Below are positions 27,301 to 41,738 of a stretch of DNA of 64,000 bases, in pieces. The DNA comes from Epiperipatus broadwayi (lineage: Eukaryota; Animalia; Onychophora): contig JAQFVV010000003.1 in NCBI GenBank assembly GCA_028023455.1, positions 15,190,001 through 15,254,000 on the forward strand. Reading direction: 5' to 3'. The translations under genes and the position numbers were made by a program. Each line of letters opens with the position of its first letter. Position 1 is the first letter of the stretch. The notes beneath the pieces are model-generated. The model was not told where the DNA came from, did not search any database, and saw nothing but the letters and a program-made list of their open reading frames with translations.

Positions 27301-28628
27301 AATAAGAAATATTAAATAGGAATGGTCCAGTGCAATATTTGCTATGTTTTTAAAAGATAATGCAAAACATTACCTTTTAACTCTGAAACTTTCTGTTCAG
27401 GTATGATTAGATAAAATGAATTAATAAAAGGCATCAATTTTTTTAGGCATCTTCTTACTTTCTTTAGAATGTTCTAGATTAGGTTAGGGCATATATAGAA
27501 CTCAACACATTGTTAGTTTTTTCAGCAATACATTATTAATTAAGAAACAAAAGTTTTTTAAAAAATAATCCATTTAAATTTAAAATAGAAAAAAATTAAA
27601 TTAAATATTACTGTCTACTTGGGATGAGAAAATAAGTGTTCATTTGGGAGAGCAAGCTCTTTTACTTTTATATCTTTATTTTGATAGGCATTTTAATTAG
27701 TCATACCTACTAAAACTGACCTCTATTAAAATATATATAAATGGTAACATGGAACCAATTAAAAAATTATGCAATATGATCTACTTTTAATTATCACATG
27801 ATAATCTAAACTTTCAAAAAGTTGAACTTTATTTTTATTAATTATTTAATTAATAAAAAAATAAAACAATAAAATAATTAACACATTTATTATTTTTAAA
27901 TTATCACTTTTAATTTATCAAAAGTTCTTAAACTTATTCATTTTGAACACTTTCAATGTTAAATTAAATATTCATTTATTTTTAGATAAATTAGTAAACT
28001 AAAATTAACTTTATTTATTATAAATATCATTCTTAATAAACCACCATGCATGCATATACATTCATATACCAAGACAGAAAATTACTTTATATCTTTTAAA
28101 TTTAACTTAATTAATAATTAATTGGCATTTTAAACTAGCTTTAATATTATTTTGAAATACACTAACTTAATTTAAATTCTTTGAGCTCTAATAAAATAAT
28201 AACTTAAATAAATTATTAATCAATTTGAAAAACCAACTCAGCAATGCTATTATGATATAAATAAACCTATTAACTACCTTATAATTTTGTTAATCATAAA
28301 AATTAACTTTAGCCAGTCTCATATTATCTAACTTTATTTACTTTTCACTCTCTATAAAACTAAACATAATTAAGCCCCAATTTTTTTCTTAAAAGCATAC
28401 TTATTAATTAATTATTAGAGCTATATATTCTAATAACTTTTAAGTCATTACAAATTTTATATTTGGTACTAATAACTACTTGAATTATATCAATTAAACT
28501 ATAATTTAGATACCATAATTTATACATATTTTACTTTCACAATAAATTTTATCATCTATTTTTTAAAAAAATAGTATGAACACATAACTTAAGCAGTTAA
28601 ATAGGACAATGTGCAATAACACAGGCTC

Positions 28629-28665
<37 letters not shown>

Positions 28666-28669
<4 letters not shown>

Positions 28670-28810
28670 ACCGGTCAAAATATGTTGATTCATCTAACAT
28701 GAGCTGGAACTCAATTAAACATACTTCAAACCCAGTCAAGCCCAAGATTTAGATCAGGCACCAACCTAGATTTGAACCCATTCCACAAGCCCCAGATCAA
28801 ACATCTAATG
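28666..28810 (-). mobile_element. SINE-like fragment ending at an (AT)n tract (28632-28665)
   Basis: B-box-like GGGTTCAAATCT on the minus strand; elevated GC. Confidence 0.3.
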
Positions 28811-30069
28811 AATAACATAATAATGATAGCACATGAGAATTAATTATTAAATTCATCCCACTAGAAGAGCAAAAGAGACAATGAGACATATTTAACAAAA
28901 GAATGCATATATATGTTGAAATGTATGGAAGTAAAGAGAAGATAATTCGAACTACATAAGTGGCTTGAATAATAAAATATTTAATAAAACATTTAATGAA
29001 GCAGTAAATTAATTATATATTTACTTGAATGTGTATGAAAAGATGATCTAAGGTAGAGAGTTACATACAATTGATCATGCTATTAGGATTCATATGCTCT
29101 TATAAATAAATGACATATTATACATAAATAGGTATATTTGGTGGGTGAGATCAAGATTCCAATCACTTGATTACAAAACAAACTTACAATATTTGAATTA
29201 ACACTTTAGTGGTGGTTCTGAAAGGTGATGATTAATGTACAAATTTCTGGAGCATTCTAAAGATCATTATATATATTTTATAAACTATTTTTATGCCGTC
29301 TCAGTCATGAAAATCAATAAAATATATTTTAAAAAATGGTTTAGTTATTAAGGATAATATTTGTGAGTATTTAATATAATAACATACATTTAAATCAAGT
29401 TTATTTGCTTTGTAAACAAAATCTTTTTAACCATTCTTTTAATTTGGATTTAAAAAGAAAAGAATGCTTCACCTTTCTAATATATGTATACTCTTAAATA
29501 ATTGGAATAGATTACGATGGTGGAATTTTTAAAATAAAAAGAAAGATAACATTTTTAATTAAACTAGTTACTACTATTGGAAATATATATATATTGAAGC
29601 ACTCAAGTCTGTTGCACACATTTGGCTTCACTTTCTGGTGATGTTTGAAACCCTCAAACATGGGTTTGAACTCAGTATTTTAATAATAAATCACTAGGGA
29701 GTGAGGTATACTGATGCACGTGATTGTTTATTGTTTGTGTTAAGCTTTAGTCTTGTTTAATATTAATTTACATATAAAACATAAATTTCTATCACAGTAA
29801 ACAATCATGCATATGTGTGTGTGTAACAGATAAATATAATAATTTTATTAAAAGTGTTTATATTACAAATATATTTTATTCATGTATTTTTATTTGAGAG
29901 GAAGTTCGAGAGAGTAATGCAAATTTAGTAAACAAAAGACTTACCTTATTTTCAATTCAGAAAAGATTTGTTTTTATTTTAACATAGGTTTATTTTAAAA
30001 TTCACATTACTTAGCATTTATCCTGCAGGTCTATTTTCAGCTCAAAATAGACCAAGACTAGCTCTCTCG

Positions 30070-32400
30070 AACTTGATCTTGTTCATACCTTAAAATTAGC
30101 TGTGTCATTGTGACCGTTAGCTGACATCCGGGGATTACCAAAGGCAGCCAAAATTAGTATAAATACCACTGAATTTCCTAACTAAAATGCTCTGCATCTT
30201 GTTTCTAAACGTTGTTGTTAAGGAAATCTACATCACTCAGAATTTTAAAATGGTTAGTGAGTAGAATTAAAATTTGCTTTCCTGATCTCTCCAAGGTTTC
30301 CAAACTGCTGCCAAAATGAACTGTAATTTACACCAGAAACGGACTTTAACCACAATTTTGTCAAAATAATGCCAAAATAATCATATTTCTTCAAAAATAA
30401 AATCAACACATGTGCATACGCCCATCAAGTCATCCAACAAAAGGTAATTCCCCACCGTAAAATGAACTCTAAAAACTTTTATCTAAATAATCTTCTTAAT
30501 CGTAAAATGTAAAATTCAACCTCTAATTATGTAAATTTAGCTCACCTAAAGTATGTCCTTTTAATATTTCCATTTATGTAATATTTATATTTTCAAAATG
30601 TAATTGCTTATTTTTCCATCGGTAATGCCAAACTGATTAATTGCTTAAACAATGACTTTTCTTTTTGCTTCAATATCTAAATTCTATTTGATTTTCCAAA
30701 CTCAATTGCTAGGTTTTCACTCTTACTGTATTATTATTTTTAAATGCAGCAAGTTTAATTTGATATTATGTAAATCATACCCATTTTAATATGCTAATAA
30801 GTCAATCTGGTGAATTAATCTTATTTTATTTTACTATTCCGCCATTAAGGAATTTAAATTGTAAACGTAAGTTTTCTTGCAAAACTATAAAAATTCGCCC
30901 GGTTGAAAAATATTCCTAAACTATTTTATTTAATTTATATTATGCTATCCATTATCATTTCAAATAAATTATTAACTATTATTTCACGCTATTGATTAAT
31001 ATTAAATAAATTTAGTATTAAATAAATTGAAGTTCAGACCCTTACTTTTAGTGATGATTCATTATATAATTTAGCCGCCATCTAATGATAATTTGAGTAA
31101 CTACTTTTTCGGGCATATTGATATGCATTTAACGAAGGGAGTCTTAATATTTCACATTTTATTATTGATATGCTAAATAATCTTTTAAGTAAATTGTATG
31201 CCCCTTTTGGGATTGTTTATATATATGATCATTTCATTATGCTAGGCTTACTTACTCTTTAAGGCCATAAAAATCAGTGTTAATACAGACCTGAAAGCCC
31301 TCACGATGCATCCCGGTGATAATGTTCATCAATCAAATGTTGCTTTGTCATAATTTCTCTCGTCACTGGAATCCTTAAAGCACATTTCTCGGTAGAGTGT
31401 GGAGGCCCCAACTCCAAAGGTTGTGTTTGGTCGCACAGGCTCTATTATGGGTTAACATTCGGAAAAATGAAACCATAGTATCTTGTTGACCACTTTTTTA
31501 GATGCCATCTGTCACAAGTGCAGATGAGCTTATATTCTTTGTTTTCAAGTTGATGAAGCTTCTTGTCCTCTCAAACATTATCATTCGGTCCGCACGCTAT
31601 CGTTTATACTTCTTCATATATTTTATTCGTCTGTAAGTCATAATGATATGATTTTCCTAAGCCACCCCAAGTTCTCATTATAATATAAATTTAGTTTGCC
31701 TTATCATATGCATTATCTTATTAGCGCTATCCACCCTTTCATTCAACCGCTATTAAATACGTTGAAAGTTAACTTCTAATAAAGCCTATAAAAGTTAAGT
31801 CACATGACTGAATATCAAAATAATTATGCTTTTCCTTATTCTATATGTACATCATAAATGATGAATCATTTTATAAGTTCCAAGATAATTAATCTATCAT
31901 TAGTATAAGTATGATGATATCCAGGTATAATCAAAATTCACTAGATCATTTGTTATTCAAACTATTATAATGTATATAATAAAAGCCCACAGATAGTTAT
32001 TAAAATCCGTTATATCCTTTGTGATTTGAATATTATAATGTGTATAATAAAAGCCCACGGATAGTTATTGAAATCTGTTATATTTCTTTGTGAGTTAAAA
32101 TATCATGACGTTCATAATATAAGCCCACGTATAGTTATGAAATCCGTTACATTCTTAATGATTTAAAATATCATAGCATGAATAATAGAAGCCCTATAAA
32201 ATATATTTTAAATTAGCATATTAAGCCAAATTGTTTCGATTAATTAATTTCTTACTGTGTATATTTGGTGGTTGCATATTCATCTATCCTTAAATTATGT
32301 TACTAAGGTTTGCATGGAATGCCCACGTTAACATGAAGTGAAACCCAGATCGAGTATTCCTTATGTAATCAAGGTTATGATGTGTTTTAAGTCTCTATAT
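30070..32400. promoter_or_regulatory. CpG-retaining region, candidate promoter/hypomethylated island
   Basis: CpG is visibly frequent here and nearly absent in the flanks. GCCGCCATCT motif at 31075. Candidate first coding exon on the minus strand, ATG TCA GCT AAC GGT CAC AAT GAC ACA GCT AAT TTT AAG|gtatga (MSANGHNDTANFK, 30130-30092). Confidence 0.35.
31960..32200. repeat. Minisatellite, 68-70-bp unit x ~3.5
   Basis: aagcccac.gatagttat..aaatccgtta recurs with gccc at 31985, 32053, 32123 and 32191. Confidence 0.9.
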
Positions 32401-34735
32401 TCCGTTGCTCACATACTGATTTAATTTCATTACCAATGTTATTTTTAATAAATTCATATTTAATAATCTATTCTTTGGACATTTTATTAATTCATGCATG
32501 CACATCTGTTATTATATTGCATCATCATTTAGTTAATCATTAGATCTCTTGTGTCTCTTCTGATCCTTTGGGCCAGGGATTGTTAGAAATGTCATTTGGT
32601 ACCATCATAAGTGTTGTTTGTAATGTTATAGACTTGGGAAATGGGCAATAGGGGGAGTTCATGAGTATTCCTGACCTGTATATCTCGCATATGATTGAAC
32701 TCTAGGTACTTTTACTTAGATGCTAATTCTTGTTAGATGAACATACATTTCTGACTGGTACAATATATAAGAAAAGTGCAATTTTATTGTTACAGCATCG
32801 AAATGAGGTCATTAAATAAATAAGTTAATAATAATGGAAAAATTGTGGTGCCGATATGACAGCAGAAGAATCTAAAGTGAGATTGTGCTTCTAAATAAAG
32901 AAAATGAAGTGGCTAAGAGTTCCTTTTTTTGGGCACTGCTTAGAGAAGTTTAATTAGGCTTGGCATGATCCCCAGGATTCTCTGGTGCAACCAACATGAG
33001 AGGCCTGTTATACAAAAATGATTCCAGGAAGGTCAACTGTCTGCAGAATAGGACATGAAGAATGCCTATAGGTTTGAACTCATCACAACCCTCCAGGCTA
33101 GAAGCATGTAATATAAAAAAACTAAGTCAGATATCAGCAATGCAACATAAAACTATGTCTTTAATGACATGAAATGGAAGTTACTATTCTAAAACACACG
33201 AACCTTACTCGAATGCTATAATTTAGGCAATTAACGCTGTGCTATGTTATATAGGAAAGATTTAATTCATACAAAATAGATTTTAAAATTACTCTTGTTC
33301 CTTCCTTGATATTTAACATATTGAAATCCCACTCTCATGAATTTTATAACTTTAGAATAATTAATTCTTTGGAATATTAAGAGTATAGCATCGTAATATG
33401 GATAATATAAAAAGCAATAATAATAAGAAATCACCCTTTCAGAATTAAGTGAGTGACATATAAAATATTTAATAGTGTTAATTTTTGGTGATTTAAAAAT
33501 TATATATAAATAATACCCTTTTTGATGCTTAAAGAAAATCATGAAACTAGGTTAACTTGAGAAACAATCTGAAGAGCATATTAATTAAGAATATCTGTAA
33601 ATCTAATTCCAAAGGGAGAGGATTTTAGTAACCTCGACCAAAGGAGGTCTGAGTAGATAGGAAAAAATAACTTTATACTTTACGCTGATGAGATTGTTTA
33701 GATTGGCAACTTAAAACAATAAAAAAAAACAGTTTAAAATTAGGAAAGACACCGCACCAAAATCAAAGAAATAAGAGCATATGACAGACTTTACATATAA
33801 AAGAAAAATTATTAGTATGAGAGCAAAATTATATTAACAGTTAAAAAACATTTAATTTAACAATTTAAATAAGAGACCCAGATAGCCAAGGTTGAGATTA
33901 GTTTTAGAAGAAATTAGATGTAAATTTCATAGGCAGTTCTTAGGTTAATTACCTTGCTACATTAAAGAGTCCATTTTTACGGTTTGGCTTCATCATGGCA
34001 AATTAACAGGATCCAAACGATTTCCAATGTAGTAGCAAGTTTCCAGCAGGCATTCCTTTATTCTCAGATCATGCTTTCTATCATTTTTGGGGCATCTGCA
34101 AGATGATTATTGGCAGCAGGAGACTGACCAGCAAAGGTAAAAAAAAGATGATTAGTTTGACTACTCATTGAACATTTTGGAAAATAAAGTAGCATGGAGT
34201 CCTTTTGCAACAGCTGATCTACCAAACTAGTTCTCTCCAAGCAGTCAAAAATTGGCTCATTATATACTGCCCTCAGGTATTTGAGGAATGCTTTTAGTAT
34301 CCATTTTTTCAATTTCATTCATGATTACTATTGTACGGTTGGTTTTGTCTGTTCATATAACAAGATCTAGCATCTAGGCAAAAGTACTTCAGTCCAATCA
34401 TGTGCAAGATACATAAGTCAGGAACCCTCATGAACTCTGCTCTCTTTTCATATTTTCCAGATCTACTAACTTATGAGCAATGATCCCGATGATACTGATC
34501 TAATTTATCTCTCTCCGCTGGCATCACAAAGCAGAGACACAAAAATACTCTAATTTAAAATTATATGACGGAGTATTTTAGCATTAAGTAGAAGCTTTAC
34601 TCATTTAAAAGTCATGCCCTTTCATATTAATTATATCTATAAGATTAGTGGGAGATCATCTAGTCAGGGCGAGCATAATTTAATAACTAAGATATTAATA
34701 TTTAAATAAAAGAAAACAATGATTTTGCAAATTTA

Positions 34736-34736
<1 letters not shown>

Positions 34737-34776
<40 letters not shown>
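34737..34776. repeat. (AT)n microsatellite
   Basis: Direct reading. Confidence 0.95.
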
Positions 34777-34778
<2 letters not shown>

Positions 34779-36639
34779 CTTCATTAATTTAAAGAAATAT
34801 GAATAAATACTTGTCTTATTACTTTATTAAACATTGGCCTCTTAACATACATATATTTTGAATTATATTTAGATGGTAACAGGTAAATCATGACATTTAT
34901 TTATAACTTAGAAGATGACATATTTGACTGATTACTTTATTTGGTTTATTATTGAGGCTATCTCATATGCCAATAATAGATAAATCTACCAATGAATGAT
35001 TTATTTACTGCTATAAGGAAATATATCTGTGAGATACCAATCCATCCCCAGAAAGAACAAAATATAGCTTTTAACCGATTTAGCTGACAAACATTATTTT
35101 ATGATGGTAACATTAACTTTTAGTACAAAATGCATTTTATTAATAGATGAAAGGAGTTCAGTTTTTGCTGAGTGAGAAACATGTGTGGGATAGCTCATTA
35201 ACATATATATATATATAATGACATCACAAAAGACGCACATCTGAAAATATTAATAAATATAGTAAATAGATCTGGTTAGTAGAATCATAACATTATGGCT
35301 TATGGATATCCATAGGTGTGATCTAGAAATATAACAGAAAGGTGGTGTGTGCATGGTAGCATACTTATGTGATCCAGTCATGGATCCTTGCAGTGCTTCC
35401 AAGAATTCATTGAAGAAATAGACCGATATATGTCTGCAAACTTTGGCAGAATCAGTTCACGAACAAAGAGCAGTTGATGTGCGTTTAATGGGCTGGGCTT
35501 TTTCCCAGAGCAATCCCCTATAAATCCAGCTTAAATGACCAAATAACTCCACAGGGGGGATTAAGAGCCTGATTCTTGGACTTGGAGATATGAGATGGGG
35601 TTCAGTTTTCCGACACACCCAGATAGAGAAGCACAAATATATATATAAGCAAACGATGAGGCCTGTATGCATGCAATGCTTGGAATAGCACATATAACTT
35701 TAAAGAATATTTACTTAATTACTGCTCGTACATTATGGAATATCTCATGTAATGGTATGATTTAATTACTAAACAGTAATGGATCATTTAAACTTATTAA
35801 AATACATAATTCATTGGTATAAAGACTCCCCTATTCCCTTACTTATCTATAAACTTCCCACAATGTTAAATAAGTACAAGAATTCGGTTATAAATGCTGT
35901 CATTAGAATAAACATAATTATACATATTCGAATGGGGTGGTGGTGATGAATTTGAGAATAAATAGATTTGATTTTACATAATAAATTTGAATTTTTAGGA
36001 TTAGCACTTTATTATTTAAATAATATAAAAAAAAACATTTTTTTAGAAAAACAGATTTCTGCTCTGTTTGTCTACAATAACCTTATGAGATAATTAATTT
36101 GTTTGTCCCCAAATTCATGAGTATTTGCTAAGATAAAATAAGACTTGTTTTTAATTAAACTTAATCTAGTCATCCCATAAAGTAGGGAGGGAAAAATAAA
36201 AAAAGATATTACATACTAGCAAATTTGAGGGATAATTGGCATATTTAAAATATAAATATAAAATATGATAATAAAAGTTAAAAAGATTATTGCCACATGA
36301 AAGTGAAAGAAAACAGATTTAATAGAGGCTCAATGATAAAAAGGAATTTAAAGTTATATAGAGTTATGTACAAACTAGTAGTAAGTAAATTATAAATCAT
36401 TTTACATATTATTAATTATTTAATAGAATATCTTAAGTTATAGACAGGGTTATTATTACAGAAGGATGCATTTAAGAGTTTATACATTAGGCAGTGGCTA
36501 AAGTTTTTTTACCTTGATAAAAATAGTGGTGGTCCTTGATGCTTTAATGTCTATTGGGATTTAGTGAACTAGATCTAGATTTGGTCAGTCAGATGGGTAG
36601 CATTTAATCATTCAGTCTCTAAGCATTTTAAAGTTCATG

Positions 36640-36960
36640 AGTATGGGATTCAGAGTTATGATTGCAGGAAAGAACATGTTTGAAAGGAGAGAAAGGTGAA
36701 ATTTGCTCTACTCATGATAAATTGTATTACTTAAACCATGAGCATGGATTAGATCTGCCATTGCTGTTTGACTATTGTGATCCTCATTTTTTGGATTCAA
36801 ATCTAGCAGTATTTATACTATTTTTCCAATGATGTTGGAAAGCACTTAGTTGGTAGACCTGAGGCACTTTATGCACTTAGTAGATCTGGAATCTGCTGAC
36901 CGGATGCATCTTTTGTTTGAGTAAGTTTTGAAAACAATGCAATCCTGTTACAAATTTTTC
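36640..36960 (+). mobile_element. Decayed L2/Daphne(CR1-group) LINE RT C-terminal fragment
   Basis: LDLPLLFDYCDPHFLDSN... and CIFCLSKF*K..NP resemble 'LILPxFDYCD...RFIFNLRKxDHISP'. Confidence 0.45.
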
Positions 36961-37335
36961 AAATGATTGTTTTAAAATATAGTCTAGGATTTTAAAACAA
37001 ATTTGAAATGGATAAAATTTCCACTAATGGATTCTTACTTTACTGTTATAAAATTATAATATTTTAATTTGGACTAATGGGTTTCCGGTAAATTGTCTTA
37101 ATTACATTCGAGAATCTTCTTAGAAGGATTGCATCATTTTCTGACCACCATGATTAAAAGAAATAACAAATTATATATAATTTTAAAAATATACACTAAT
37201 AATATACATTTTTATTTGAAATTATGTTTTAAAAGTAATCTCCCCTCACCGATAATATGTACATATCCATTAGGCAAATATACGAATTAAAATAAAATAA
37301 AATATTTATTTATTAAAATTAGTTGCATTAAGATA

Positions 37336-37483
37336 TCTATATATCTACATTAGTTATTTAAGCAAGAAAAAAATATATGTATTAGTAAATACATATATAT
37401 GCATAAGGATGGAGTCTAAATATGGTTTGGTAGTGGGCTGTAAAGCTCGACCTGAGTATCAGGTCGACTGCTTCACTATCTAG
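37336..37483 (+). mobile_element. Probable short non-autonomous Helitron
   Basis: Perfect 9-bp hairpin TCGACCTGA-GTA-TCAGGTCGA (37447-37467), then 12 nt, then CTAG followed by T. Plausible A|TC 5' start at 37336. A decayed copy of the 3' end lies at ~38075-38112. Confidence 0.55.
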
Positions 37484-40400
37484 TAGAAATTTTCTCATTT
37501 CCTTCACCTATTGTTTTGGAGATGCAATTGTTAGATAATTTGTCCAAAAATATATTCAAATCTATTTCCAGATTAGAAATAGATTTGATAAAATGTTAAT
37601 TGCAAAAGTAGAAATTCTTCATTTGATTTCCTTTTTTACTTTTAGTACAATTTAATTAGACATTCTTTTCCAAAATTAGACAATGTAAAACTTCCACCCT
37701 TTTAATTATTTTTGGACAATTAACAGTTGCATACTCCATCTTGGATTTTTAAAAGAGAAAAAAATACAGTTTTTTAAATAAAGAATTTAAATTAAAAGTT
37801 TTAATTTTACAAACTTCAAAAAAAAATATTTGTAAAATTAATATCATGTTAGTAATTTCTCCCATTATATAATATTTGAGCTGCACCTAATATATATTTT
37901 GATTTTAATAAAAAGAATTAATAATAAATAATCGTAAAAAATATTAAAAGCTAAATTTTATAACTTTTTAGGTGCACATCTCAAACATATATATAAAATA
38001 GATATACATGAATATAGGAATGGGATGGAACATAAGGTTTAAACCTAGGTTAGCAACTTGTTAAGTATGAAGGACCATGAAGCTCAATCATTAATTAGTA
38101 TTGACTGCTTCAATATATATATATACATACATACAACATTTGCATTACATTTGATGTTAGATTAAAACAAGTAGACTTTAAACACAACAATAAACTTCTA
38201 AAAAACAAACATATATTAACAAATTAAACATAAACACAACATAATTCATAAGGTATACTAAAAAATAAGATAAAAAGAATCTTTAAATAATGAACTGCAG
38301 GACAAAGGTCTTTTCAACATCGTATCATAAAGGACAGTAAAGAAATTGACAATACTCATCAGCTTAATAATTTCCAGATAGTGAGAGGTTAAGTTGTTTA
38401 CCATTATTGTTTTATCATACAGCTAAAATTTGCTAGATACTCATTTAACTCTGAATATTATATGGTTGGCTGAGCTGGCTAACAAAAGAGAAATTAATAG
38501 AAACAATGCAAAACACTAGCTGAATTCTATATAAAAATTTGCAGCTCATTCTAAAGGGGTAAAAATACAAATTAGACATAAAATGCTCAACCCTCTCACA
38601 TTTTTGGCACAGGTTAGAATTAATATATATTTGTTAGTCAAATATAAAAAAGTATGAATTTAAATCAAAAATTTTTATCAGTTGATGATTTGATTGGCTT
38701 TTTATAATTTGCATATAATTTTATTCAAAGAAAACTGTCCTGATACCAGATCAGATATTATTAATAGATTAAGAAGTAGATAGCTAGTTTTACTTGAATA
38801 CAATAAAGTCATTGTCAGGATTATTAATATTTATAATTTGAAAGTGATAGTTTATTATTTTGTAGTTCAATTGGTTTTGCAAAAAATTTCTGAGTATTAA
38901 GTATGGTGTTTAAGTAATCAAGTGATTTTATTTTTTATTTTTCTTAATAATTATCAATATTCAATCTATAAACTTCTCTTCCTGTATGTATTTAATGACA
39001 GTTATTGCTTTTTGATAAATACATTTTCCATGTACAGATTTTTAATTTCATTAAATATATTATATGCATGATTTTATAATTTTAACACAATCCCTTTTTC
39101 TAAATATGCACAATGTTTAAATATATATTAGAAAACTAAAATTTAACAATCTAATATTGAAAACAGGTAAATGGTCATCAAAGGCATTCTAGATGAAGTA
39201 ACATTACATCCCTATTAATCATATTTATTATTATTCATTATATATTAATTGAAAACTGAACAATATTCAAACCACAAACTATCTATGGCCTAATAAAAGG
39301 TTTGTAATAATTATTGTTTTATTTATGGAAAATAGTAATTGTCAAAAATAGTGGTGTCTGGTCTAGAAGCACTGTGGAATTGCAGTACCTCCAGAAAAAA
39401 GTATTAAATTTATGCTTGAAAATATTAATATTATAATGATCATTTAATATTTTGCATATTTTTATGTGAATATAATTCATTAAACTGTCTTTAATACTTG
39501 AGATTCTATTCAAAGATGCTGCTAATTATAGCAGTGCCAGAAATGTCATGTTTTGTGAATTTTAACAAGTTCCACTGAGATTTTTTTCTTCTTATCAATG
39601 TATAAAACTAATACTATTGGAACTGCTTGCTGCATCAGTGTCAGTATGTTTATATATTCTGTTTTCATCAGAGTGAATAAATTGTTATTGTTTTCATTTA
39701 GGATGAACAATAAAATAGTTTTTTTTTGTAATTAACATTTATAATAAACATATAAATATTTATTACAGAAAAATATAACAAAATAATTATCTTAAATATT
39801 TATCACAATGTCTGCTAGTGGTGAATATATATATATATATATTAAATTTTCCCAATTGTCATTACATAAAATTTAAAAGAAAAAGTAAACGTCCATCTAC
39901 TCCAGATATTGTAGTTTGTCAAATAGCAGTTAGTAAAATTAAAAAATATATTAGAAGTTTTAACTATGATTAGTATGAAAAAACAAAATACTTAATTGGT
40001 TGCAACTGCGTTTTGTTTTCCTCGCTTACATTTTAGCACCCCTACTTCAAAATAACAAGGGCTACCATTGGTCAGTAAAGGGGGAAGGAAATGTAGCCCA
40101 AATATTAGAAGTTTATAATAAATGAATAATGATGAAGACATTAGAAGAGATGTTGTGTTAATCAAAATATAGAGATAGTTCATCTAGAATACATTTTTAT
40201 ATCTTTATTCAATTGTTTGACATATTAAAATGTTAAACTATAGTTTATGTTTAAAGTTATTTGTAATTAATCTATAAACAGAAACACAAACAACTAATTT
40301 TAACCAAAAATGGTTTTATTTTTCAAGTTTTAGAATCTGTAACCAATCATTACAAGAAGTTAATCTTATAAACCAAGCCATAATCTTTTCAGGCGTTTGT

Positions 40401-41738
40401 CCTTTGCTACAAACTTCAGATATTCAAGTTGACTTTAGATTAGAATTCAGTTTTTTATATTGTATTTTCATTTTTCTTATTCTCTATAGATTCTTTCATC
40501 AATGTACAACTCTAAATTCAACTTATAAATGACTAGATAGATTTGATGAATAGAGATGCAATCTACTTTTTACCCCCTCCCAATAAATTAATTTTTATTA
40601 AATCTAATATTCTATATATTATTAAACTATTTCTTCTTACATTTTAAATAAATTGAAATGAAATCTCTTTCACTTTCATTTTTCGACAATGTTAACAATA
40701 TAATTTTAGTTTTTTGAATAGTTAAGGAATTAAAACATTTAAAAAATTTACATTGTTATCTTCAAAATGCTAAAAAGTGTTCAAATTACTTTTATGCTTT
40801 AAAAGATTTAAAAGATCACTTAAATGGACAAAAATAATAGATTTTTAAAAATTGTATTTTATGATAAACTTGAGTAGCAAAAGAAATATTCCATTTGCAC
40901 TTTTTAAATTTTATTTTAAAGATACTTAAAAAGACATTATGCTGTTTAGTTGAGGATAGTCTAGAATACAATATGAAGCTACAATTGACCAAGATTTTAA
41001 TGACTTTTAAAAGAAGATTAATGATATCCTAGCAAACAAATTAAAGGACCTATGGACACCTATTTATAACGCGCATATTGTTATTTATAATTATCTGAAA
41101 ACTTAAACTTTTCTTTCTTTCTCTCTTTTTCTTTTTCTCTAGTTTGCGCAACCTTACTTATTTACCGGGCTTGCTTATATATATTAGATTCTTTTTTGAC
41201 ATAATTGTTTATTATTATTAAAGCCTTAACATCGTAAACATATCGTATCTGCTATCATCTAGATAGCATAGATAGCCTTATACAAAGAAGAATCTAAACA
41301 GTGTATTCATGTTTTTCACCCACGAAAGCCCGTTTTAATCAAGCACGCACACACACACGCATACACAAATATAAATATCATAAGCTTTTTATTAAGAAAG
41401 CTGTTCATTATAAACCCAAGTAATTATTTTTAATATATTAAAGTAAATTTAATTGTTTCTGTCATTAATTCGTTCTCATATAAGCGGTGAATTAATGCGT
41501 TAAATTATATTTTTTTAACTTACAACTGAAGTATGTTTGCTAGCTGTTGAGAATTAATAGTGTACATAAAGATAAAAAAAATCCCAAATGAATTCAACAT
41601 AAGTATTATAATTTAATTATAAGTTTAATTTATTATATTAAAAATCAAATAATCAAAGAATCATATACGAAAACAATATTTATTAATGGGCTTAATATGA
41701 AACCTTTTCAACACAAGTTATTAATAAATAAAAAAGTA

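Noticed and set aside
27600-28600. Mitochondrial rRNA NUMT
   Set aside because: Only vague motif resemblance, in the wrong order; consistent with AT-rich low complexity.
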